A stretch of 64,000 nt of DNA, from assembly GCF_009914755.1 (NCBI RefSeq), contig NC_060941.1; one strand, 5' to 3'. Below are positions 32,095 to 50,524 of the stretch, one piece after another. This stretch comes from the human T2T-CHM13v2.0 reference genome, Homo sapiens. Position numbers and translations under genes: made by a program. Within the stretch, counting starts at the first letter, position 1. Each line of letters opens with the position of its first letter. Under the pieces are notes generated by a model, which made no database searches, had not been told where the DNA came from, and saw nothing but the letters and a program-made list of their open reading frames with translations.

Positions 32095-32760
32095 TTTTTT
32101 AGAAAAGTTTTTTAAATTGACACATAATTGTACATGTTTAGGGGGTACATAGTGATGTTTCAATACATACAATGTGTATTGATAGGATCAGGGTAATTAG
32201 CATATCCATCATCTCAAACATTTATCATTTGTTTGTGTTGGGAACATTCAATATCTTCTTTTCTGGCTATTTGAAAGTATATAAAGTAAAACAGAGGTTA
32301 CTACAGACTGGGAAGGGAAGGGGGAAGGGGAGATAGGGAAGTATTTGTTAAAGGATAAAAAATTAGGCCGGGAGCGGTGGCTCACGCCTATAATCCCAGC
32401 ACTTTGGGAAGTTTCAGGCAGGAGGATTGCTTGAGTCTAGGAGTTGAAGACCAGCCTGGGCAACATAGTGAGACCACATCTCTACAAAGAATAAAAAAAA
32501 TTAGCCAGGTGGTGGCACATGCCCGTGGTCCCATCTCATCATGACACTGACGTGGGAGGACGGCTTGAGCTGGGGAGGTCAAGGCTGCAGTGAGCCATGA
32601 TTGCATCACTGCACTCCAGCCTTAGTGACAGAGCAAGACAATGTCTCAAAAAAAAAAAAAAAGTTACGAAATTACAGCTAGATAGTGTTCTGTAGCACTG
32701 AAGGATGACTGTAGTTAATAATAATACAGTATGTATTTCCATAATAGCTAGAAGAGAAGG
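32095..32760 (-). mobile_element. L1MA-type 3' end with 5' inversion, interrupted by a sense AluJ (32366-32662)
   Basis: Antisense 3' terminus ~32105-32284, sense-oriented upstream piece ~32285-32760, TSD ggaattagct. Confidence 0.75.
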
Positions 32761-33016
32761 AATTAGCTCTTCCTCCAAATAGTGTGTTTGGACCAATTAA
32801 GCCCCAGGTTTAAATAATGGGCCTAAGTTTCCAAACCCAGGCATTATCCTGAGAAAGGGTAGAACCCAACATGGCAAGAGTCTTGGAGTCTGTGGCAACT
32901 TTGGGCTTCTAAGATGGGTGCAGAGACACAAGTTTGAACACTCCAAGTTGGTTTGAATCTAAAAACCTATTGATAAAATATAAACAGGCCATATTTTAAT
33001 GAAATAGATACAGAAA

Positions 33017-33322
<306 letters not shown>

Positions 33323-33331
33323 ATAGGTATA

Positions 33332-34490
<1,159 letters not shown>

Positions 34491-35529
34491 AACAGATTGG
34501 TTTTGAAAATTAAAAAATCATATGTATGGCTTTGCATGTTTGATATCTAATTAGCGTAAACTTAAGTTCTGGGCGGGCAGGGCCCTAAACCTGCCCTTTC
34601 CCTTACCCTTTGGCTTTTTTTTGTCAGTTTTGAATAGTCATTGCTCACTGGACCTGCACGCTTGTGTTATTTGGAAGAGGGGGCAGAGGCAGAAACACAG
34701 GAGAGTTCCGGCACACAGAGGGAGGAAGAAGAGAAGGGTGTAATGGTCAAATTAGAGGGAGAGAGAGAGGAGGACAGGGGAGAAGGGACAGGCCTGAGTG
34801 TGTGAGGGAGGTGGGGTGATGGGAAAGGAAGGAGTGCCAGGTATAGGTCACAGCTTGGGTCAACACTGCCGAGGCCATGAGGAACACACAGGTGACACTG
34901 ACCCAGCTGGGTAAGCAGGCCTGGCCTGGGAGGGCCCTGATTCTCATCTTAAGCAACACTGGTACCTATTCCACGTGGCCCGCTCTGGGCAGCCAACAGG
35001 TTAAGGAGGCCACTCCTCTGGAGTCAGGGGTCCCCTGTCTACTAAGGTCAACTGCAGAGCCAAAGACTCTAGAACTACCTTCTGGGGAGGCTTCCCTTAT
35101 CCTCTTTGGGCTCTGGCTGTTGGGGTGCTTCTCTGCAGCCCATGTCTGCCTCCCAGCGTACTGAATGAGAGAGGCGACCTGTGTCTGCCTGTGGACAAGC
35201 ATGTGCGGACGCTGGCTCTCCCTGGAGGAGAAGGCAGGGAATCTGGCCAGGAAGAGGGTTGTCCTAGGAGGGCTTGGGGAGGAGAGATGGATGGCCGCTG
35301 AATTTTAAATAAAATGGGGAGCATGGTATTGAAGACAGGTAGAGATTGCTGGCAAGAAGAAAAATGTGTGTTCTGTGTAAGAACCGTTGATCAGAGGGCA
35401 CTGGGTGGGTGACAACTGGAACTCCCCATTAAAGTGGGAAGCCCTGTTCTTTTTTGTGGATCCTATATGTTTATTGAACCAAATATATATATACACATAT
35501 ATGTATTTGTAAGTATATGTATATATATA

Positions 35530-35680
35530 TTTTTATTGGTGCACCTATCAACTGTGCCGCGTACACTGAACCCCGTTTTTAGTCTTATATCCCTCACTCC
35601 CTTTTCACCCCTTTCCCCTGAGTCCCCGAAGTGCATCGTGTCATTCATAAGCCTTTGCATCCTCATAGCTTAGCTCACAT
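35530..35680 (-). mobile_element. L1PB-like 3' fragment
   Basis: cccctgagtccccgaagtgcatcgtgtcattcataagcctttgcatcctcatagcttagctc. Confidence 0.7.
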
Positions 35681-35709
35681 GAAAGCGGGAAGTCTTGTTC
35701 TTAATGGTT

Positions 35710-36070
35710 TAGATTTTAGAACAGTATTACAATTACTGGGGAAGCTTAACAAAAACATCAACGTTCAGGCCTTATCCTCCCAAACCTCTTATTTGGTTGG
35801 CCTGGGTTGCTGTCTCACCACTATCAGCGTTTTTTGAAAGCTCTGCTGATTTTCACAAACAGCCAGGATTCTTAGGCTGGTTTACAGCGTTGATTCCCAG
35901 TGTGGGCCCTGGACCAGCGGCATCCGCAGCACCAGGGAACCTGTCAGACATGCGTATTCTTGGGCCCCACCCACTCCTACTGAATCAGAAACTCTGAGGT
36001 TGGGACCCAGCAATCTGTTTCAATGCATCTTCCAGGTGATTCTGATGCATGTGGAAGTTTGCAAACCACT
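35710..36070. mobile_element. MER5-type DNA transposon remnants
   Basis: gggccccaccc...ctactgaatcagaaactctg...caggtgattctgatgca...aaaccactg. Confidence 0.7.
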
Positions 36071-37058
36071 GTCGTCATCACAACTCAGCTTCTTACTAAT
36101 TATGTGAGACTTGGCAAGTATTTAATCTCTTTGAGCCTCAGTTTTCTTGACAATGAGATGGGATAGTAATACTCAATTCATAGTGTTCTTTTAAGGATTC
36201 GATGGTATGTGTGTAACGCACAGTACCTCACATAGGACAATGCTTTGTGAATGGCAGTTGTTAATGTTATCAGTTTTCTTATTGTTTGTACACTTGTTCT
36301 TATGGAAAGTGTAAAACTTGCTTGGCATGCTTTATCTTGGATCCCATAGACATGAATTGTGCCTGGTTCTGGTCCTAGCTGCTACATCAGTGGGAAAAAT
36401 GGTGTGAGGGACTTGAAACCTTAGTTTCAAAGGTCTGTGTTAGGTTTAGGAGAATTCCATAAGGGATAGGAGAGAACACTGAGTCTTTTTCTGATTCTCT
36501 GGAATGTTAGATCTCTGCTAGCTGGGCTCGAATATCCTACCTGGGATCAGGGAAATCTTTCCAAACAAGGAGGTGCAGTGGGACCTGCATCTTAGAGGAA
36601 GCCCTGAAAGGGAGTGCAGAGATGGCAAATGGGTCTACTCCGAGGCACATGGCCTGAGGCAGGTACAGGAGGAGCCACCGGCTCCCACCAGAAGCCAGGG
36701 TGTGCCATGGTAGGGGGGCAGCTGTCGTGGGTGATAGGCACCCAGCAGGTGGCAGTGATTGTAGCACCCATCACCAATGCTGCTCCAGAATTCTCTCCTA
36801 GTCCAGGTGGCAGCCTGACCCTCTGCTGGCCAGGCTCCAGGCTGTTACCATGCCTTGGAGGAGGCATTTGAATTCGTTTGTCCTTAAGGTTAAGTGAGCA
36901 GGACCTGAGTGTGGGCTCCCCACGGTGGGCATCCTCCTCACCTCTGGGATGGTCATGTCTTTGATGTGAGCCCCGGGGGACTTGTCTGTGGCTGCATCTT
37001 CCTAGCAAGTGATTACTTGGCTTGTGTGTTATGCAGGGATTGGGAGGAGGAGGATTGA

Positions 37059-37301
<243 letters not shown>

Positions 37302-37596
37302 TAAAATAACTTACTTTTAGAAAGAGTCCTTTAATGTCTAGCCTAGGGTTTGGGGAATTTCTCAGCAGATGTTTTCAGAGCTTTGCTTATGCCCTTAAAC
37401 AGTTGCTTCCTTTCACAGCTTTAAGAATGGGACCTGAGCCCAAGACTCGTTCTTTCCATAGACTCAAAGAGGCCCCACCGTCTGGGGGAAAATTGCACCT
37501 GCTCACAGAATCTACATCAGGATCCCTCACATTTCTGAGGGCTCCATCCATCCTGGATGCCCCCACTGTCACCCGAGGAGCCCCCGCTCCTTCTAG

Positions 37597-38038
<442 letters not shown>

Positions 38039-38213
38039 TCAGTCTGCCTGGGGATATTTTAAAACATGTTTTCCTGGATCTCATCCCTAAAGTTGCTTTT
38101 AAATTGGTGGGGGTTGGAATCCTTGAAGTTTTGGAAACTCCCCAGATGATTCCAATGTGTGGTGATTGACAGCCATCACCTTAGCTCCTGGCCTGATTTC
38201 TTCAGGGCCTTAG

Positions 38214-38600
<387 letters not shown>

Positions 38601-38971
38601 TAAATATACTGCACTTCCCGGAGAAGCATCCACAAAAAAACACGAGGCCAGATCAGAACCAGGCTGTGCATTCACCACCTTCATTGAAATATTTACCTTT
38701 ACGGGATTCTTTTACTTCCTTGCTCAGTACCCAGCCCTGGGGGCATCACTCCTGAGCCTTGACACTCAGCTGCTTACTACCCAAGATCCACTTGTCTGTG
38801 GCACTGCTCCAGAAACGAATCCTACTGGACATGCCTTTAGCCTGGCTGACTGCCGGATGCAAAACATTACATGATAATATGGATTGTTGATAATCATCTC
38901 CCTAATCAAGTCTAATTGCTGCTCTAGAACAAAACCCAGAAAAGATGGATGGACTGGCGAATAAGTGGTTA

Positions 38972-38990
38972 TAGTGCCATCTAGTGGCAA
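38972..38990 (-). promoter_or_regulatory. Strong CTCF core motif
   Basis: Reverse complement TTGCCACTAGATGGCACTA fits CCASYAGRKGGCRS. Confidence 0.65.
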
Positions 38991-39169
38991 AGTGACAACA
39001 TACACCCTGAATTTATTATCTCCCCCCCACTAATTCCTTAGTGAGAATCCAGCGAAAAGATTTCCCTGCATTATTTAAACCGTATTATTAGCAATCTCCT
39101 CATGAGATTCCTGAGGCTTTAGGTATGAACAGGGCAGATAAATCATCAATTTGCTCATTTACTTTTTAA

Positions 39170-40490
<1,321 letters not shown>

Positions 40491-40734
40491 TTATTTAATT
40501 TTACTAAGCAATCAACTGTCTTTTGCTATGGGCAAGATGGTTTACATGGCACTTTTGTCAGATCAGTTACATTTTAGTTGAGAGCATCACTGGTCTGTGA
40601 TCTCAGTCCAAAGAACGCCCTAAAGTTCATGCTGAAAAGGAAGGACCTCTATAGAGCTATGGGACAAATGCCAACTAGTTTAAAATTGTGCAGCCTTTTC
40701 TAATATGAAGCACCCAGGAGCTTTTAAAAAAATG

Positions 40735-41069
40735 CAGTTGACCCTTGACCAACACTGGTTTGAACTGCACGAGACCACTTATAGGTGGATTTTTTTTTCA
40801 GTAAATATATTTAAAAACTTGGGGGGATTTGCAACAATCTGAAAAAACTTGCAGATGAACTGCATAGCCTAGAAATAGAAAAAAGTTATGAAAAGGTATC
40901 ATGAATCCATAAAATATATATGTAGATACATATCCACTTATGTGTCCATTGACTGTTTATGTTATTAGTAAGGCCTCTGGTAAACAGTAGGCTATTTGTA
41001 GTTAAGTTTTTGGATTTTCTACTGCATAATGGTCTGCGCCCTAACCCCTTAATTGTTCAAGGTCAACTG
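40735..41069. mobile_element. Tigger2-derived non-autonomous DNA transposon
   Basis: TIRs cagttgacccttga ... ttcaaggtcaactg followed by TA. Confidence 0.85.
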
Positions 41070-41918
41070 TACTGAGAAAAGAGAGGAGAGGATTTTGTTG
41101 TTCATTTCCCCACACTGTGACACACTCCACGATTTACACACACACACACACACAGACACACACACACTTGCTCTCTCTTGTGATCGTCTTTATTTTCCCA
41201 GGCAAAAATCACCACCTGGGACCACTGTATGAACATATGCGTGGTACCTCTGGACGCTGCAGGTTAGAGAACCTCGAGTTGGAGGGAGATGAAGGATTTG
41301 GGGGAACCTGGCTTTTCCTTCTGGGCCAATCCCCTCTGGCTCAGGTGATGCTCAGTTCAGTCCTGCTCCTGGCCAGACCTTCCCTGAGGGTCAGTCCATC
41401 AGCACTGCTTCTTGAACAGCCTCTCTGTAAGAACCGTTGGCCTGGAATATGTCTGGTGAGGGACTGCAAATGATGGGTTCTCTAAGCACAGCCAAACAAA
41501 GGAGGAAGAACTCACGCTCAGTCATTCAACGGGAGCAAAGGAAGGAGGTCTTGATGTAGAAAACCGTAGCGTAGCAACGCATGTATAGAAGCCTATTCAT
41601 GTGCGAGCTCGTTCAAGCAATATTTCCTACAGCCAAATTCTAGAATAAAAAAGAGTACGACAACCTCTGGGGGGTGATATGAACTCTGGCCTGTGTATTG
41701 TTGGAGGAAAGGAAGCTGCCACGGTGTGAATGCATTGCTGCAAACATGGTAGGTGCCAATCTAGTTTATTTCTAAGGCCACGTATTGAGCAATTACTAAG
41801 TTCCCAATGTTCTTCCAGGCCGTAGAAGTGAAGATGTGGCTCCTTTCCCCAAGGAGTATTGTTGTCTAGCATCACAATGTGCAATAGCTTGTTCTGCGGC
41901 AGGAAAGGTGTTCACTGA

Positions 41919-42116
<198 letters not shown>

Positions 42117-42441
42117 TGAGCATCAGCCAGGGTGCTGGAAAGCCTTCCCTTGGGCCTCTGAGGACCACCCCATTGTGCTTGAGGTGAAGATAGGATGAGA
42201 GGACAACAGCCTGGTAGCTGGCTGGGCCCTGGTCAGCATCAGTTCACTGTACTTGCCATGCTAGAAATAGTTCCCCGCTGCTTTGGGAGGTTTGGGGGTT
42301 CCCTGAAGAAAGCCTGGTGAGACATGCAGTGTGAGTCACCTGTTCCTATGGGAATGTGTCTAGGGGTTAAAAAAGCAAGCTGTCCCGAATTACAGTGCAG
42401 AGTGCTCTGTCTTTGACTAAAGCCTTCTTAGGTGTCCTGAG

Positions 42442-42443
<2 letters not shown>

Positions 42444-42503
<60 letters not shown>

Positions 42504-42518
42504 GTGAGAGAGAGAGAG
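42444..42518. repeat. Compound (GT)n(GA)n microsatellite
   Basis: Direct reading. Confidence 0.95.
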
Positions 42519-44167
42519 AAGAAGCAGCAAGATGGGAAACCTATTCCTCACGCTTCCTTAGAGATGTGAGGAACACAGGGGAAGGGAGCTCCTCCCACAT
42601 GTCTGGGACAGTGAGCGCAGCTTGGGGTACAAACGTGGGTGGGCACATCTCATTCCTGACATCACGGCTCCAGCCCCCACTTGTTCTGAGCAGCAATAAG
42701 TCTGTCCCTCTCCATGACTGTCTCTCCTCCAAATTACACAAAAGCCAAGAGTTCCAGGTTAAAAGGGTCAGTCCTGTTTTCAATGGCCAGGTGGAGAGGG
42801 AGGGGAAGGTGTGATGAGGCTCCCAAGGTTGCTGAAAGCCACACTCCCCCTCCCCAACACTCCTCCCCCTACAGGCCTGGTGGGTGCTCCTGTCCTGCTG
42901 TGGTCCCATCTCTGTGGGTCCTTTCATCTGCACTGGCTGCAGTGGACATGAGTCCTGGATACTGAGGGCCCAGCATTGTTAGTTCATACTCACATGCTTA
43001 GCCGTGTTGCCCAAAGCCCAAGCACCACGCTGGGCTGGAACCAGCCCTTTGCAGTCACCAGACTGTGGTGCTGAACTTTGGGCAGCAGGCCAAACAGCCC
43101 CTTCCCTCTGAGGACTTAGCCTCTGGACCCTGGATGTCCTTCCTGCAAATGAACTCAGATTGCAACACCCCGGTTTCCAGAGAAGCACCAGCAGCATTGA
43201 AGAGAAAAGCTTGAGGTCTCACTTCTTCTTATACTTAGAGGTTCATACACTCTATTGCAAATTTGCCCAGCTCCTCCCACAGGGAGGGGATCCATGCGCT
43301 GAGAGAAATGGGGGTGCGGGTGGGGTGCAGTGGGGAGGGCTGTCGGTCCGGGAAGCTTCCATGACATCCTTTGCAGTACAATGGGTGCCTGATTGCCTTA
43401 CACACAGTGACGCACACACAACTCCTGATTCCAAAAATCTGCTACAGGAAGCCCGCTGCCTCTGCCATTAGACCAGTTTCCTTCCCCAGGCTCCCTGGTT
43501 ATGTTATGTAAATCTCAGTTTCAATTCCAAAATTTTAATGTACATCTTAGAAAGGTAGGAAAATATTCATATGAGTATTTCTAATTCAGCAACAGCTCAG
43601 AACTGGAAATACTGAGAGAGCTCTGCATCCCGACATCCCAGGTAGAGCCACGGGCTCAGGAAGTGTGGCCAAGTTTGGTCTAATTGGGAGCCTTGGCCTG
43701 TCTGCCCAGCGGGTCAGACCTCTGGGTTCTGGGACTATGGGCTGCCTCTCGACACAGCATGTGAAATTCATTACAAAGCACATGTGGGTTGGGAGGAGAG
43801 CAGAGACCCCCAGAACACCTGTGTGAAGGTGTCTTAGCCTGGTCCCAGGTTGCCCCTGGAATCCTGGTGCAGAAGGTGTGAAGTTGGAGGCTGAGTTCTT
43901 CACCCTCATGGCCAGGACCTAATCCGACCTGGGCCCCAGCCCCTTCTTGCTCTCTCTCCTGGAGGTTGGAAACATCAAAGTTAAATATTCATATTCCCAA
44001 TACTGGAAGTTTCTTGCTTCAAGGAAAAATTGCTTGACAACCTCTTCAAAAGTTCATGCTCTTTAGTGTCTCCTAAAAAAACCACCACCCTCACCCTCGG
44101 TAACCGATTCGTATCAGTCCTTCCCTCCCAAGCAGCTGTGAGCTATCCATGAATTGACTTGGTTTAG

Positions 44168-44440
<273 letters not shown>

Positions 44441-44469
44441 TAGAGCTTTGCCGGTTGTGGCATGCAGCT

Positions 44470-44612
44470 AAGCATGGGGGCTCATGTCTGTAATCCCAGC
44501 TCTTTGGGAAGCTGAGATGGGAGGATATCTTGAGCCCAGAAGTTTGAGACCAGCCTGGGCAACACAGTGAGACCCTGTCTTTATATAAAAAAGAAAGAGA
44601 GAGAAAGAGAAA
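44470..44612 (+). mobile_element. Free left Alu monomer (FLAM-like)
   Basis: Single monomer with A-rich tail. Confidence 0.8.
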
Positions 44613-45342
44613 AACCCCAGAATTGTCAACCGTCTCTTCCACCTGTCCACTGGGGTGGACTTGCCTTGAGCCCCTCACCCACGGGCCTAGAGGAACTCCT
44701 GTAGAAGCTGTGTGCATCCTTACGGGCCCCACTCTGCAGCAGTAGACAGGTAGGAGTAATGGCATTAGTAATGACAACATTATAATAACAGCCATCATTC
44801 GTTGAGGGCTTACAAGGTGCAGTCGCTGTGCGAAACACAGAACTTTATGCTCAAAGACAGCCCACAAGTTAGGCTTTGCTGCTCCAGAATCTAGTGGCTT
44901 GGTCAAGGTCTCACCAGAGATGGGGCTGGGATTCATAGCCAGGTCTGCCTGGGTTTCAAGGCCGAGCTCTTAGTTTCTGCTGCAGAGTGATGGCAATTCT
45001 CACCACCCTGGCCCCAGGCAAATATTACACATAGAGGCGTAGTGTCTAGGAGAGACAAATTTGTGTGTGTGTGATTGTAGTAAGACCCTGTGAGAATTTA
45101 GATAGCCCTCTGGATTATTAACAAAGTGCGAATGCGGTGGGAATTTAAAAAAAAATATGTGAAGGGTACCTGAGAGAAAAATCAATCATTTTCTTAAGAA
45201 ACTAGAATCGGAGGCTCAGAGTTAGCCTTAAAGAACTTGTCTAGTTTGATTCTTCTTTGGTGCCATCCTTGACAAGACTTTCTTTGGGTGCTTCAACTTC
45301 TCATTATGGCAATGATTTCTTTAAGGGCAAAGTATCTTTATA

Positions 45343-46140
45343 GGATATAGGTTATGTGATATAGGCTATTTGATATAGGTTATGTGATATAGGTTATATG
45401 AGATAGATTATGTGATATAGGTTATGGATATTGGTTATGTGATACAGGTTATGTGATATAGACCATCTGATATAGGTTATATGAGATAGATTATATGACA
45501 TAGGTTGCGTGATATAGCTTATATGAGATAGACTATGTCATACAGGTTATATGATATAGGTTATGTGATATAGGCTATTTGATATAGGTTATATGATATA
45601 GGTTATATGAGATTATATGACATAGGTTACATGATGTAGGTTATATGATATAGGTTATAATGTGATATAGGCTATCTGATATAGGTTATGTGATATAGGC
45701 TATATGAGATAGATTATATGATATGAGTTATATGTTATAGATTGTAATGTGTTATAGGCTATCTGATGTAGGTCATGTGATATAGGTTATATGATATACA
45801 TTATATGATATAGGTTATGTGATATAGATTATGTAATATAGGTTATATGATATAGATTATATGATATAGGTTATGTGATATTGGTTATGTGATATAGATT
45901 ATGTGGTATCAGTTATGTGATATAGGTTATATAATATAGGTTGTGTGATATAGGCTATCTGATATAGGTTATGTGATATAGGTTATATGATATAGATTAT
46001 ATGATGTAGGTTACATGATGTGGGTTATATGAGATAGGTTATATGATGTGGTTTATATGATATAGGCTATGTGATATAGGCTGTGTGATATAGGTTATGT
46101 GATATAGGTTATATGATATAGGTTATGTATATAGGTTTGT
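45343..46140. repeat. 14-bp minisatellite, consensus GATATAGGTTAT(G/A)T, roughly 55-57 units
   Basis: Direct reading; variant units with GCT, GAT or GAG. Confidence 0.95.
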
Positions 46141-46434
46141 GTGAATGGTAAATGCTGATTAGCTTTCCTGATTTATATTTCTTCTATTTAGTCTTTTATT
46201 GTATCATTTAAAAGTATTTTTACTTTGTTTTTAAAGCATGTAATAATTTAGAATTGCCGCCAAGCCAGATTAGCCATTTTCATCATTTTTTGAATCAGTG
46301 GGGTGTTTCTGTGTGTTTTGAATCAGTGGCTGTCTCTTTGTTTTTGTTACTAGACGATTCACAGCAGGGTTTCTTTAATAATAATCCTCTTTAATGTATT
46401 TTAAAACGTTTTGGTTCTTAAAAATGTAGTTTTC

Positions 46435-46880
<446 letters not shown>

Positions 46881-47374
46881 CTATGGTGAAACACTCAACG
46901 TATCCCAGTGGCTCCATGGTCCCTATTCCTAGACTCTATCCTAGTTCTCATAACTTTTACTGCTCCCACTTAGTCTTTAGAATAGTGCCATTTCAATAAA
47001 TTTTTAAAATACCTCAATCCCTGGTTTGTTGCAGTGGCCTTTGTCCCATATTGGGTATGACTAGAGTTTTCCGCTCGCTTAAAAGTAACGAGCATTCATG
47101 AAGCTTCTCTGAAATTGCCCAGAGTCCCAGTAAACAGCCCCATAACTGGACTCTACGCGTTGGTTGTTTTTGTTTTTGCTTTGGTATTCTCTTGCCTTTA
47201 CACCCAAAACACAGGGCAGAAAGGGATGTCAATGGCTTAGAAGTGGGCTCCATACTCCTGGCTGCTCATCTTCCTTGGAAGAAAGTCTTGGAGAGGAGAG
47301 GTCAGATGTGCTCTTGTCTCATGCTGGCTTCACTGAACCACTCCAAGGTGGATCTTCATGTGTAGGGTTACAGA

Positions 47375-47802
47375 CTGTAATTCTCAAACTTAAAGGTGCA
47401 GCAGAATTACCTGGAGACTGTTCAGGTAGTTGTTAATTGTTAATTGTTTAGGTGTCCTCATGTGAACAAATGATGACAGGCAATGTCTCCATACATGACC
47501 AGCTGTCTCACCTGTTTGGCATGTAGCATGCAGCATATGAGAATAAGTGAAACAAATTAAGCAGTTCTGGGTCTAGTGTACTTTTAACTGTAGCAGCTTT
47601 TATGCAACTGGCTACATTTACAACATAGGCTGAATCACAGACAATGTTGATAGGATCTGAAGCTGTGAGCTGTAAAACCTGAGACTGTTCAGGCTCAGGG
47701 TGAATCACTCCCAGAGTTTCTCATCAGGACGGCTGGGGCAGGCCTGAGAAGTTCCCAGGTGAAATTGATGCTTCTGGAGGGGACCACACTTGAGAACCAC
47801 TG
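47375..47802. mobile_element. MER5A-like DNA transposon split by a retroviral insert
   Basis: ttctcaaactt...gcagaattacctggag | cccagagtttct...gttcccaggtga...ggaccacacttgagaaccactg. Confidence 0.8.
47427..47680 (-). mobile_element. HERV-K-type pol fragments: RNase H piece fused to integrase-core piece, no LTR
   Basis: Minus-strand translations QVLQLTASDPINIVCDSAYVVNVASCIKAATVKSTLDPELLNLF and TYSHMLHATCQTGETAGHVWRHCLSSFVHMRTPKQL; flanking 13-bp repeat. Confidence 0.88.
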
Positions 47803-47958
47803 CTCTCAACACCTCCCCCAACACCTTTCACCCAAGGAGACAAATTCTCATAACTTTTCCATTCTACTGCCAAGGGAGGCTTGAAAATGGCAAGGGTATT
47901 GGTTTGATTTGACTGCTTTTTTCTCTCATAATTACTGTTGTTTTCTTGTTCCCACTAG

Positions 47959-48210
<252 letters not shown>

Positions 48211-49756
48211 TGAAATCACTCTAGCAAGATTTCCTTAGTAATTACCACCACTAAGTTTTGTTTCCCCTAAAGCTGGCTTGAAAGAGTTTAGAGGATCAGA
48301 CCAATAATTACCCTTATCACAAATGGAAGCTTCTCCTTGGTTTTTTAACTGCTACTCGTTACCTCCAAACTGATGTATGGGAATTAATTAAGGTACATCC
48401 TTGTATTTAAATTGTTCTAAGACCTTAGAGAGAATAGCAGATTGCACCCCAAGAGAAAATGCTCAGTGAAGGGGAAACGGACAGTAACGGGCTAGGTATT
48501 CTTGCTGCCTCCGGGGACCATGTTTTAGAAGTCCATGAACTTGTTCATTCTCACTTTTCTCATTGGAGATGTGGATCATCTCATCTGGTAGAGCCATTGG
48601 GACAATGGACGAAATAATGTCCTGAGGGGCAGATTGAACTCTTTTCCGGGGGAATTCAATCTACAAGGATTGAAGATTTAAAATATAAATTGAATGGCAG
48701 CTTGAACAAAACTGTAAGGCTTTGGCAGAGGTTTTTCCACTGGCAATCGTGTGTCCTGTCCCCCCCAAAGTGAGTGACTGTTCCCCTGTTTGCTGGGTCA
48801 ACCCACACTGGGCTCCTTTCCAGCATCTTCCATCAATTCAAAAGGGGGATGGCCGGACCAGAGCCTTTATCAAAGGAGAAAAAACAACAACAACAACAAA
48901 AAAAACCAACTTGGCTTCATTCTTGAGGATAATGGCCCTGTTATGAAAAGGAGAGAAAGAAGGTCTTTGTGGTGCTATTCTTCTGGGTTTACCAAGTAAG
49001 GAAGGGAGTTCAGTGCCCCTGGGGACTTAAAAGCTTCTACTTTAAGCCAGAAGAAAGGCCTGTAATAGCTCCAGTAGTTCTGCCAGAAAGTAATGAGGGG
49101 ACAAAAGAGGAGTCTCATACCTCTCTCTCCAGATATTTTAGAAGTTGGGGCAGACGTGAGAATTCTCACTATTGTGAGTGAGAATTACACGTGAATGCAT
49201 TCGTAAAGTGTGAAGCCTGGTCTGTGTCCATACCAGGACTACAGTGGGTGTGAATTTTGTTCCATGATCCCAGGTATAAGACAATGTATTCAAACTCAAT
49301 TTTTGCATGACAAGTTACCCCTAGCTCCAAGCCTTCCTCTTGGCAGGGCTGGTGAGAAATCCAATGTCAGTGTCAGGCTTTACATCCTGGTAGGGGAGCC
49401 CTTCTTCTCCTTAAGATAGATATAAGAGTTCAAGGGGCTTATGTAGTCAAGGGGCTTATGTAGTCCAGAAATATGGAGTATGTTGCAGGTCTTTGTCTCT
49501 TATTGCTGCTGAAGTTCTTGGCTCCAAGCTTACGTGGGCCCTCAAAGGCAGGTGGGCTCCACTGCTCACTGCCCACTACATCACTTGGATACCTAGAGCT
49601 TTGTCCTGGCTCCTAAGGCCATGGCAGGGAGAGTTTGGTTCCAGGAATCCAGTTTGGCTTTGAAGAAGGTTCTGGCATGTGTCAAGATATTGCACATGAG
49701 CAGGGTACCACCAGCCCACCAGCCCTCTTCAGGCCTCTTCCCTCTTTCTCTGTTCA

Positions 49757-50191
<435 letters not shown>

Positions 50192-50524
50192 TCATTATCC
50201 ACTTCTTTCATGAAGATGTTACAAAAAGTTAAGATAACAAATTGATTTCTACATACTGTAGAAGTTCAATGCAACTTCGCCAACAAAAGGGTCTTCCTTG
50301 TGCCTGACCTAAAATCTGATGGCAGTTGGTACTCACTCTGGTCTCATCCTCCAAGTGGGGAGAAAGGAGCCAAGGTTGGACCCCACTGGAGGTTCACTGG
50401 AAAAAGGAGGGAACAAAATATAGATTCTGGACCTTCCAGCCCCAGCTCCCATCAAGTGTGACAGGGTCAGTGTTGGGCAAGCTGTGTCATTTTCCTCCAA
50501 CCACCAATCTGTCCTTCCTTCCAG

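Noticed and set aside
45343-46140. CRISPR-like appearance of the regular array
   Set aside because: Head-to-tail 14-mers with no unique spacers, in a human intron.
49430-49463. 17-bp tandem duplication (similar ones near 39836, 52264 and 62501)
   Set aside because: Ordinary slippage microduplications with no sign of function.
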